Positions 28,901 to 41,700 of a stretch of 64,000 bases of DNA are shown here, piece by piece. The translations under genes were made by a program, and so were the position numbers. The stretch is from Octopus sinensis. Its lineage: Eukaryota. Numbering within the stretch: the first letter of the stretch is position 1; each line of letters starts with the position of its first letter. Below the pieces are notes generated by a model, which saw nothing but the letters and a program-made list of their open reading frames with translations, ran no database searches and had not been told where the DNA came from. Location: positions 25,296,001-25,360,000 of the forward strand of contig NC_043009.1 in the NCBI RefSeq assembly GCF_006345805.1. The letters run 5' to 3'.

Positions 28901-31900
28901 CTCACTGTGTAGCACTTTGGACAAATGAACCCAGAATTATAGCTCCTGGCCAACCAAAACTGGATCTTTTCGGTTTGAACGGCAGTTTTTTCTAGCGGTG
29001 TCATATGAAATTGTCACCCATAATTATGACCCTAGTATCGATCTATTGCATTTCAATCTATTTTAGGGTTAGGGGTGGGGAAGGGTATCTTTTTTTTCTC
29101 CACAAATGTAAATAAACCCAATCTGTTTCTTAAATGAGGGACATATTCATACGGCACAGAATGTTTTTTACCTCAAATACGTCAGTGATTGGTTGAAATT
29201 GCAGAAATTGAAGAATAAACAACAAATATCTTATAAACTATAGAATTTTCTCAATAAAGCTAAGAGAAAAAAATATTTTATAAACACATTCTACCAGTAT
29301 ACGAAGTTTAAGATTCTTTAGTTACCTAGAAATTATGTTAAAAACTGCCGTTCAAACCGAAAAGATCCCCAAAACTTTCTGAAGTAATTTGGTAGACGAA
29401 AACTGAACGAAACCAGACATTTATAGCATCATCGTTATAATCATTCTCATTATAATCGTCATTATCATCAGTCCATTTTCCATTCTGGTGCACACACGTG
29501 TATAAATGTTAGTTTTTATGTCAAGTCATAATAAAAATTAAAATACCTTTACTCTTTTACTCTCTCTTTCACTCTTTTACTTGTTTCAGTCATTTGACTG
29601 CGGCCATGCTGGAGCACCGCCTTTAATCGAGCAACTTGACCCCGGGACTTATTCTTTTGTAAGCCCAGTACTTATTCTTTCGGTCTCTTTTGCCGAACCG
29701 CTAAGTGATGGGGACATAAACACACCAGCATCGGTTGTCAAGCAATGCTAGGGGGGACAAACACAAACATACACGCACACACATATATACATATATACAT
29801 ACATATATACGACGGGCTTCTTTCAGTTTCCGTCTACCAAATCCACTCACAAGGCTTTGGTCAGCCCGAGGCTATAGTAGAAGACACTTGCCCAAGGTGC
29901 CACGCAGTGGGACTGAACCTGGAACCATGTGGTTTGCAAGCAAGCTACTTACCACACAGCCACTCCTGCGCCTTCTGTATCTTTCCATCCCAACTTACCC
30001 TACAACCTATTTATCATGGAACAGAGCTGCACCTACCTCCAGAAAATTTCAGCTCAACAGATACTGTTTAAGGCTGAGATCAACTCAAGTCCAATGTAGG
30101 CTACACAAGCCAAAACTTCGAAGTCACTTACAATTCTATTCTTGCTAAAGAATAATGTGTGTGTGTGTGTGTATATACTCTTTTACTTGTTTCAGTCATT
30201 TGACTGTGGCCATGCTGGAGCACCGCCCTTTAGTTGAGCAACTCAACCCCGGGACTTATTCTTTGTAAGCCCAGTACTTATTCTATCGGTCTCTTTTGCC
30301 GAACCGCTAAGTTATGGGGACCTAAACACACCAGCATCGGTTGTCAGCGATGTTGGGGGAACAAACACAGACACACACACACATATATATATATACATCT
30401 TCTTTCAGTTTCAATCTACCAAATCCACTCACAAGGCTTTGGTCGGCCTGAGGCTATAGTAGAAGACACCTGCTCAAGGTGCCACACTGGGACTGAACCC
30501 AGAACCATGTGGTTTGCAAGCAAGCTACTTACCACACAGCCATGTTTGTGTTTCCTTGTACTGGCACCATGTGGATATAAACGAGCACCACCATCATGCA
30601 GGTGATAATTTTAGTTTCCAGTCTTCCCATGGAACCATGTCCAGTCATAGAATTCCATCTGATCCATGCAAACATGGAACAGTGAGCATTAAAATGATGG
30701 CAGCAATAACAATGATACACGGAGAGAAGCATGAATAAATCCATTGAATTCTGGCCAATATTTTCCTCTAAATTTCAGCTGTTTTAATTTATGTTTTGTT
30801 TCTTTCTTTCCTCAGCTATTGTTAAAAAATACAGCAATTTCGTGGGAGTGCCAATATATCTGAATGGTAAAAGAGCCAACATGATTCAGGTAACTTACCA
30901 TTTTGTATTCCTTTCTTGCCCCACCCTTCAAATATTTTAAATGTTGTCTACGCATAAAGAACATGAAAGATAGAAACAGCAAGAAATATGGAACTCATTA
31001 ATAAGTTTTCTATAGATAATACAATCTCATATATATTAAAAGGGCATTCACAGTGATTTTTTTCATCAGTTGGTTTTGGAGAAGTCTTAGTGGTTTCAAG
31101 CTATTTAAAACCAAGACCACTGTTATCAACAGGAGCGCCAGAGCATAGAGCTACAGGGAAAAGGCTGACGAATGTGTGCAAGGACAGGACGAAATAATAT
31201 TATAAATAATAGAAAATGTGTTATGGCTGTACAATAAGTAGAAGGATATTTTCATTTGTGTATGTGTGTATGTATGTATGAATATTTATATATATATGAG
31301 TATATACACACATGCAGATACATGCTAATATGCATGTGTTTATATGTATGTGTGGGTATGTAGGTGTGTATATTCTCTATCGTACAGCATAACAGCTAAC
31401 GGGAGTCCCTGGATAGTCGTTCTACTTGCTAGATATAGCAGCCAAATGATCTTCAAACCACATCTTACTGTGTTAAGAAATGAAGGACACATTGGAGATG
31501 ATATAGTCTTATAAATGTAAGAAGACAGAATGGTCTCAGGGCTGGTCCTGGAGGTAATCAGCCTCAACAATAATAACAACATTAATTCTTACCTATTTAT
31601 ATGTAACCACGGTTACACACACCACCAAGTTTAGTTCTAGCAACCGTAATGCTTTCATCTGCCATCTGTTGTCTTCTCTGTCCCTTTCAGGCACTCTGGT
31701 TGATGGACAACAAAGACATCACAGCGGACATGCATGAAGAGTTCTACCGATTCATCAGTGGTACCTTCGATAAACCACGGTTCAACTTCCTCTACAAGAC
31801 TGATGCCCCTATCAATATCCGTGCCCTGTTCTATGTTCCAGAATACAAACCAAGTATGTAATGGCCAGTTACATAACACTTCCTCTCTCTCTCTTCCTCT

Positions 31901-33947
31901 CTCCTTCTCTCCCCCTCTGTATCTCTCTTTCTCCCCTTCCCTCTCACTTCTTCTCTCCCTCTATATCTCTTTCTCCCCCCTTTCTTCTCTCTTACCCTCT
32001 CCCCCTCCCTTTCTCCTGTTTCTCTTTTTCTCTCTCTTCCTCTCTATCTTCCCTCTCTCTCCCTCTCCATCTCTCTTCCTCTTTATCTACCTTCCTCTCT
32101 CCCTCTCTGTTTCTCTCTCTTCCTCTATATCTTTCTGTCTTTCTCCTCCTTTCCTCTCTTTCTCTCCCTCTCTCTCGTTCTCTCACTCCCCCTCTCTCTG
32201 TCCGTCTTACTTTTACTATCCCTCCCCCTCTCAGTCTTTCATTTATAAATTTCTGTGTGTTCAAATACCTCATCATCATCATTCAGTGTCCAGCTTCCGT
32301 ACTGAAAGTAACGGAAAGACCCACAGCACGACTACTTAAAAAAAAAAGAATCATATTTTCAAAGGGCTGTAGTTTCGGGTTTTTGTCGGATCAGGGTTTC
32401 TGCTGACATCCTCTTTCTAGTAAGGCAATTACCCAAAAAATTCTTTGTTAAGAAAAGTCTCTATGCTTAGTATTCACTGACCTGAAGAATTCCCTTGTCA
32501 AGGATCCATGATCTGTATTCTGGTGGTCACATTTCTCTTTTCTTCTCCTTCCTGTGACTCACAGCTACACCTTGGTAGCTCTTCCCTTTCTTCTCTCCTT
32601 TCCTAAATGGAGTGGCCACATATCCCCTCTATTACAAGATACCTGCCTCTGTCACTGTATCATTCTTTAACCGTTCATCATCTGGTTTTAAGCCACCTTC
32701 ATCAATACCACACCCCCATCTTTCCTCAGTTAGTGGACACACGTTGCCTAGTGGTTAGGGCAGTGTTTCTCAACCTTTTTACCCTTGTGTAACCCTTAAA
32801 ATAAATTACGTTTCAAGGAACCCCTGCACAAAAAAATTATATACCATATCTTTGTTATAATTTTTCATCGTAGTTCACTTGGTAAATATCATATATATAT
32901 ATATAATATATATATAATATATATATATATGGTTGTTATATTTTTTTGATAATATAATAGGTTAGATAGGATAATGTCTGTATTACAATAACCAATATGT
33001 TGTGCATGTATAATAATATTACAATCATGAAATTAGCATTAGCTTATCTCACTCTCTCTCGTAGAACACCTAGGAACCTTTTGCAGAACCGTAGGGTTCT
33101 CAGGGAACCCTGGTTGAGAAACGCTGATTTAAGGTGTTGCCCTCACAATCCTATGGTTGCGGTTTTGGTTCCTGGTCCAAGTGATTCTTTGTGTTCTTGA
33201 GCAAAACACTTCATCTCACATTGCTCCAGCTGGCAAAAGTAATGGACCAGCTCCCAGTCCAGGGTGGGGAATTTACACACCATAGAAATCGGGAAACCGG
33301 TCCTTATGAGTCGGTGTGACTCAAGAAGGTACCCTTTACATCTCTCCTCAGTTGAGATGGACTCTTGTCTTTCTTTGTCCTTCAGTCTCTCTCCCTCTCT
33401 ATATTTGTCTATGACTCTCTCTCTCTCTCATACTATATTTTCTTCAACCTCTCTGTCTCTTATTTTACTCCGTTTTGTCCTTTGTCCTCAACCTCAAACA
33501 CACCCACACACACGATTTCTCATTCCTCAACTCTCTAACTCTTGATGATGATGATGATGATGTTTTGTTGTAGTTAAGGATGCTCTATACTTGTTTCCAT
33601 GGTAATCTAACAGTTTTTTTTTACTTTTCGTTTTTCTTCCATGCTTTCTCTCCACCTTTGACCACTGGCCACCGTCCTTGCAGCATTATTTGACATGAGC
33701 CGAGAGACCGATGTCAGTCTGACACTCTACAGCCGCAAAGTGATGGTCATGCCAAAAGCCAACTACATCCTGCCCAAGTGGCTCCGCTTCGTGAAAGGTC
33801 AGTCGATATTTATGTCACCCCCATGGTGTATTGGTTTGGGGGAAGGTACGGTCGAATGGGAGGGTAGGGAGTTATCTCTACAGATTTATACATTCATACA
33901 TACATGCATATGTGTGTGTGTGTGTATATACATAAATACATACATGC

Positions 33948-33982
<35 letters not shown>

Positions 33983-34228
33983 GTAATCCCTCGACTATTC
34001 GAATGTTACGTTCCAAAACCCCCCCCCTGATAGGTGAAGCTCTATAAAGTAGAAACAGTACTGTACTGTATATTTTTGTTTTCGTTGTTTTTATAATTTG
34101 TATATATTTATTTTATAATAAATGCAAAACAACACCACGAAGGAATCGATGTAAGCTTAAATAATAAACCGCAATAGGTGAACCACATTATGGTGAGGTA
34201 TTACTGTATGTATATATAATATATATAT

Positions 34229-34262
<34 letters not shown>

Positions 34263-34536
34263 CATTGTTGTGTCTGGGGAGAGTCATTCTCTTTTAGTGC
34301 CTTATTATTTAACACACTCACTAGTAAAGTTTCCAATCACTTACTTATTTTTCCTAAAATATAATCCAAAAATACTCACATTCATTTATTCATACATACA
34401 TGCATATATATACAGACAGTGTGACCCAAAAGTCACAGAGGTGTCTAAAAGTTTAATAAATTTGTTTTAATTACATTTTTTTTATTTGTAATTCACAAAA
34501 TGTAACTCTTCATTCCTAATGTCCATATATACCCTG

Positions 34537-34582
<46 letters not shown>

Positions 34583-35556
34583 ACATACACTGTATGTGAT
34601 GCTAAGTTATTGTAAATTTAAAACAGCATAAATGAATTATCAACACCTTTGTGAATTTTGGACCACACTGTATATATGTATATATGTTTATAAAACAAGA
34701 TTCTTTCAATTTCCATTTTCCAAATCCATTCTCAAGGCCTTGGTCAGCCCAAGACTATGGTAGAAGACACTTGTCCAATGTGCCATGCAGCGGGACTGAA
34801 CTCGGAACCATGTGGTTGGGGAATAAACAACTTAACCACACAGCCGTGCCTGCACTTGTTTGTGTGTGTAGAGGCATCTCAAAACTAAAACTCAAAACTA
34901 AACAGACTCCCGTTTTACCTGTGCAGACATTACCTGGTGCTTCAGACTCGTTAGTGTATTATTCTTTTAATTTCAGTACCCCTGTTGATTGAGGTACCTC
35001 ACAGAAGTACCCCAACTCATCTGGAGTTGTTCTGCAACAGTATCTGCCTTACAATGGGGATTGTTTTCCACCATCTGATTAACTGCCCTAAGATACCTTA
35101 GGGCCCGGATCGACCTTAGTCAGAGGGCCCAGGTAGACCTTAGCGGGGTGCTATTCACCCCTTTCCTTTGCTGGTGAATTGTACAATCACTCTGTCAATG
35201 GTGCCAAGAGGGATCCCATGGTTTTATGCAATCTTACACTGAGATTCACTCACTATAGACCCTCTTTGAAAATCAGAAAACATTTTTTGCTTCTGGTGTC
35301 CGCGGCACAGCTTGCTGCTATAAACAATTACGCTTTACTTTTTTACTTGTTTCATTCATTTGACTGTGGCCATGCTGGAGCACCGCCTTTAGTCGAACAA
35401 ATCGACCCTGAAACTTATTCTTTATAAGCCTAGTACTTATTCTATTGGTCTCTTTTGCCAAAGTGCTAAGTTTCGGGGACATAAGCACACCAACATCGGT
35501 TGTCAAGCAATGGTGGTGGGGACAAACACAGACACAAAGACACACACACATAAATG

Positions 35557-35598
<42 letters not shown>

Positions 35599-35758
35599 AC
35601 AAGCTTCTTTCAGTTTCTGTCTACCATATCCACTCACAAGGCTTTGGTTGGCCTGAGGCTATGAAAGAAGACACCTGCCCAAGGTGCCATGCAGTGGGGC
35701 TGAACCTTGAATCATGTGGCTGGGAAGCAAGCTTCTTACCACACAGCCATGCCTGCAC

Positions 35759-35791
<33 letters not shown>

Positions 35792-38700
35792 CACATACAT
35801 ATATACATATACACACATACATATATACATATACACACATACATATATACATATACACACACACATACACACACACACACAAGTTTGAAACACCAAATAG
35901 TCTCCATGCAGAAAAAAAAAAGAACTGTATAATAAGGGGTATGTGAAATGTGTGTGTGTGTGTGTGTGTGTGTTTGTTGCTTCTTTGAGTCCTTCTCTAC
36001 TTCTTTTTTCTACTTCAAATGCATTAGTCTATTTTGTATTCACAAATTCTCTGCTAACTTGTTTCTCCACAGGGGTGGTCGACAGTGAAGACATTCCTCT
36101 GAACTTAAGTCGAGAACTTCTCCAGGACAGTGCCCTGATCAGGTAAGACTCTCTTTTCTTTTTTTTTTTCTTTTTTTTTTTTTTTGTACTTGTTTCAGTC
36201 ATTTGACTGCGGCCATGCTGGAGCACCGCCTTTAGAGTGGTCAAAGAGTACAGCAGGGATCACCACCATTCCCTGCCGGAGCCTCGTGGAGCTTTTAGGT
36301 GTTTTCACTCAATAAACACACACAACGCCCGGTCTGGGAATCGAAACCGCGATCCTCCGACCGCAAGCCCGCTGCCCTAACCACTGGGCCATTGCGCCTC
36401 CTTCTTTTTTTCTTTTTTGTTTTTTTTTTGTTGTTTTCTTTTCTGTATTATTGTTTTGATAAATTGATAACTCTTGACGTGGTTGGCGTCAGGAAGGGCA
36501 TCCACCTGTAGCAACATTGCCAGATCAGATTGGAGCCTGGTGCAGCCTTCTGGCTTGCCAGCCCTCAGCCAAACCGTCCAGCCCATGCCAGCATGGAAAG
36601 CGGACGTTAAACAACAACGACAACAACAATATGAAATACACCTCCTGCATGGAACATGTATGTTAAATGATAACGATGATTAAACAGATCCACTGATATG
36701 AGTCAGACTATATTTATCACATTAAGGTAAATAGAAAGGCCAGAAGCTCTGTAGTGCAACCAGTAAAGTGGTTACCTGGCAACCAGTAGATACTTATCTG
36801 CTGATTCAGTTTACTTCTGATTTTATGGTGTAGGAGTGGCTGTGTGGTAAGTTGCTTGCTTACCAACCACATGGTTCTGGGTTTAGTCCCACTGTGTGGC
36901 ACCTTGGACAAGTGTCTTCTACTATAGCCTCAGGCCGACCAAAGCCTTGTGAGTGGAATTAGTACATGGAAACTGAAAGAAGCCCGTCGTAGATATTTAC
37001 ATGTATATATGTGTTTGTTTGTGTGTCTGTGTTTGTCCCTCCAACATCGCTTGACAACCGATGCTGGTGTGTTTACGTCCCCGTAACTTAGCGGTTCAGC
37101 AAAAGAGGCCTATAGAATAAGTACTAGGCTTACAAAGAATAAACCCTGGGGTCGATTTGCTCGTCTAAAGGCGGTGCTCCAGCATGGCCACAGTCATATG
37201 ACTGAAACAAGTAAAAGAGTGAAAGAGTAGAAAGGTCAGAAGCTCTATAGTGCAACCAGTAAAGTGGTTACCTGGCAACCAATAGATAGTTATTTAGGGA
37301 CCATTATCTGCTAATTCAGTTTACTTCTGATTTAAGGGTTAAATAAAATACAACTGCTTCCTTGCCCAACACTCTTATATTGTCTGTCATGTGCTGCATC
37401 CACCACTTGTTGGTGATTTATTACTCCTGGTGGACAGTCACTCCTGCACCACTCAGGCAACAACCCCCTACCCTGTGGGTCTTCTTGGGGAGTCGTTGAT
37501 GGTGAGGGTTTTACGAGGTCGGAATGCAAATCCTAGCACAGCCTATTTTACAAAAGATAGAGGAAATGTTGGGTCTATTCTTTGACCTGCTTGTCCCCAC
37601 ACAGCACAAGAGCAGCGTGAAATTAAGTGTTTTGCTCAGGAACACAACCTGCTGCCCTGTTCAGGAATTGAACCAATGATCTGGTGATCATGAATGCAGC
37701 ATCCTAGCCCCTTGGCTTTCGTGTATATTAAAGCAGATTTTCTATTGTTGTAACCCACACCTGTTTCCAAGCCAATGTTTCTCCATGGCTGAACATGTTT
37801 TCACAGAAGGTTGGAAATGAAGGACACCACCTGTATGACAGTGGCACTCATTTACAGCTATCACACAATGTCAAAGCAAGGAGACACAAACACACGCTCA
37901 CACACATGCACATGCACACACTCTCTCACACACACATACATACAAAAACACATTTACACAACTGGCTTTTTTTCATTTTCCACCTTCCAAATTCACTCAC
38001 AAGGCTTTCATCAACCCAAAGCTCTAGTAAAAGACATTTGCCCTAGGTGCTGCACAGTGGGACTGAACCTAGAACCATGTGGTTAGGAAGCAAACTTCTC
38101 ATCCACAAAGCCATGCTTGCACCTACAGTCATTCCTGTGTCTAATTCTGTTACTAATTTGTTCTAATTCGACCTTCTTTCCAGGAAACTGCGTACTGTAC
38201 TCACCAACCGAATTCTGAAATTCTTCGTTGAGAAATCCAAGAAAGATGTTGAAACTTACATGCGTTTCTATGAAGACTACGGACTGTTCTTCCGTGAAGG
38301 AATTGTCACAACTACCGAACAAGAACAAAGAGTAAGACAGATATTAGCTTTGGTATTTTTAAGATTTTGGAGTCTGTAGTTTATTTTGATGTGGATTAGA
38401 AGGGTGATTAATTTTTTAGAAATAAATTCTACAAATATTTCTGCATGCTTAACCCTCTCATTACTGTATTTATTTTGAGATGCTCTGTGTTTCTTTCACA
38501 TACTTTAAATATAACAAAGAATTTAGTAAAATAACTTAGTTATCATTAACCTAGTGTTAGGAACATAAATTGTAACTAAGGTTTGGTGGAAGATTTTAAT
38601 TCAAAACTTATGAAAACAAGACATTTGTACTCAGAGCCAGAGCTGGTTTCAGCTGGGTTGGTAATGAAAGGGTTAAAGATGTAATAATTTTTAAAAGATA

Positions 38701-41700
38701 TTGTAATGAACAAGAATTTTATCATTTAAAATTCAGTGCAATAACTATATTCAGTCTTATGAGACTAAGTATGTATGTGTGTGTGTATATGTATCTATCT
38801 ATCTGCCAGGCCCGCCTGACTGGCTCCCATGCTGGTGGCACACTAAAAAGCACCATCTGAACATGGCCGATGCCAGTACCCTCTGACTGGTTCTTGTGCC
38901 AGTGGCATGTAAAAAGCATCATCCAAACGTGGCTGATGTCAGTCCCCACTGACAGACTCCTGTGCCAGTGGCATGTAAAAAACACTATCTGAATGTGATC
39001 AATGCCAGGCCTGCCTAACTGGTTCCTGTGCCGGTGGCACATAATAAGCATCCACTACACTCTCGAAGTGGTTGGCGTTAGGAAGGGCATCCAGCTGTAG
39101 AAACATTGCCTGATCAGACTGGAACCTGGTGCAACCACTGGCTCTTCAGACCTAAGTCAAACCGTCCAGTCCATACCAGCATGGAAAACAGAGATTAAAC
39201 GATGATGATGGTGTATATATATATATATATGGTGAGCTGGCAGAAATGTTAGCACACCGGCCAAAATGCTTATCGGTATTTCATCTGTCTATGTTCTGAG
39301 TTCAAATTCTGCTGAGGCTGACTTTGCCTTTCGTCCTTTCGGGGTCGATTAAACAAGTACCGGTTTCACACTGGGGTCGATGTAATCAACTGAATCCCTT
39401 TGTCTGTCCTTCTTTGTCCCCTCTATGTTTAGCCCCCTGTGGGCAATAAAGAAAAAATATATATATAGATAGATATACACACACATGCGCACAGAGAAAT
39501 CTCAGTTTACAAATGCCTATCATCATGAACAAATCAGTTTTTGAAAATTTTACGAACATAAAACTTTTCAGTTGACGATCAGTGTCTCAAGTAACAGACA
39601 TTCAAGCTGGCAACAATGCTTGTGAGTAAGCTGGGAGTATTAGCAGGAGAGTATCAGTTGCTGTCTAGCTTTCACTCAATACATGTCCCTGCTCGAATTT
39701 GCCGTGCCTTATCTTGAATTTCTTATGAGAGAAATAGTTTCAGTTTACAAATATTTCAAGTGACAAGAAAGAGCCATCACGAATAAATTAAATTTGTAAA
39801 CCGAAGACCCACTACACACACACATACACACTATTTACCATCCATTTTTCCATGTTAGCATGGGTGAGTTGGAATTCAGTGAGGCAGATCTTCTAAGGCC
39901 AAATGCCTTTCCTGTTTCTAAGCACAGCAATATTTTCCCCATAGCCAAACATGTTTTTCAAAGAAGATTGAAAATGAAGAAGAAAATATTTATATGATGC
40001 TGCTTTGCATTCATTAGATTATGTGAAGATGAAGACACATACACCCACACACACACACACACACACATGTATGTATGTATCAATCAATCAATCATTATTT
40101 TCCTAATCATGTTTTCTTTTTGGACTCTTTCTGTAGGAAGAAATTGCAAAGCTTTTACGTTTTGAGTCTTCGAAATGTGCTGCTGGCGATAAAGTTAGTC
40201 TGGATGAATACGCAAATCGAATGAAAGCTGGTTCCCGGAATATATATTATTTGTCAGCCCCCAGGTAAGTCTTTGTACATGTTCTATATAAATTGATATT
40301 GTTTAGCAATGGTACTGGTGTCCCATAAAAAGCAATGGTGCTGGTGCCATGTAAAAAGCACCCAGTACACTTTGTAAGATGGTTGGCAAAAGGAAAGAAA
40401 TCCAGCTTTAGAAACCATTCCAAAACAGGTTGTGGAACCTGGTATGGCTTCTGGCCTTACCAGCAACTGGTGTGGCTTCTGGCCTTACCAGCAACTGTCA
40501 GATTGTCCATATGTTAAACGATGATAATCTTTGTTTCCCAGCTGTTTTTCCTTGCTGGCATAGGTTGGAGAGGGGAAGTTTATCTTTTTACACATGGATG
40601 CTCTTCCTGTCACTGACACTGTTTTTTCAAGTAAGGAATATTTTTGTTGTTCTGCAGGTCTGGAAAGATAAATGTGATCAGAAGGTGAATTTAGAGAAAT
40701 TGTTTAATTAAACACCTACTGATTACTTGCATTTTTATTTACGTCAATGTCTTGTGTTTGCCTTCTAGCCGAGAATTGGCCATGACTTCCCCTTACTTTG
40801 AAGCTCTTCAAAAGAAAGACACAGAAGTTCTCTTCCTCTACGAACCATATGATGAACTGGTCCTCATGAACCTCGGCCAGTTTGACCGCAAGAACCTGAA
40901 GTCTGTTGAAAACGAGATCCAGGATGACAAGGAAGACACGGATGCTGTAGACGAAAGTGGTAAGCTTAATTTCTGGAAGCATTTGGGATATGGTTGATTG
41001 AAGAATTTGATGATGTGATTTGAGTGGACCCTAAATTTTACAAACAAAACAAAACAGGTTATTCACCAGACCTGGGTTTAAATATCAGTATGTGTGTGTT
41101 TGTTGTATTGAGGAGAAGGCAGTCATTAGACAGCGCTTATTTCATTGGTTTGTGAATTTATGTAAGTTAAGGACAAAGTGTTTCATACATTGCATTTATA
41201 AAAATTACTCTCTGTCTCTCCCCTCTCTCCATCCTATTCTCATTATTATCTCTATCACAGTTGACTTACCTCAAACTTATTACTCTGTGTGTATACTAGC
41301 CTTGAAGCCATTCTTCAGGCACCATTCAAGGTAACTCCTGCAAGTAGCACCTTTTAGGCCTTCAGCCCCACTATTGGGCCACTTCGTGACCCTCAACCCT
41401 TGTGTAATGAAACTTATTTCTGCAAATGTGCTAAGCACTGGTGCTGCTCATAGTTTAATCAATAAGTGTAGGAGTGAGGTAAATGCAGGAAAAATAGTGG
41501 GATCAGTGGGGCCCCATTTAAACAACCCTTCAGAAATTGAACCTCCTTACTGCACTCCCTCGGAGTTCATGGTATAAAACTCATTGTCATTGCTTTGATT
41601 TGGTCGCCAATGTCATGTATTTAGTTTAAAATGAAGCAAAAATAGTGGGGACAGTGGGGCGTCAGGTAGCCCTTGAAAAGTAGATACCCTTAGGACATAC

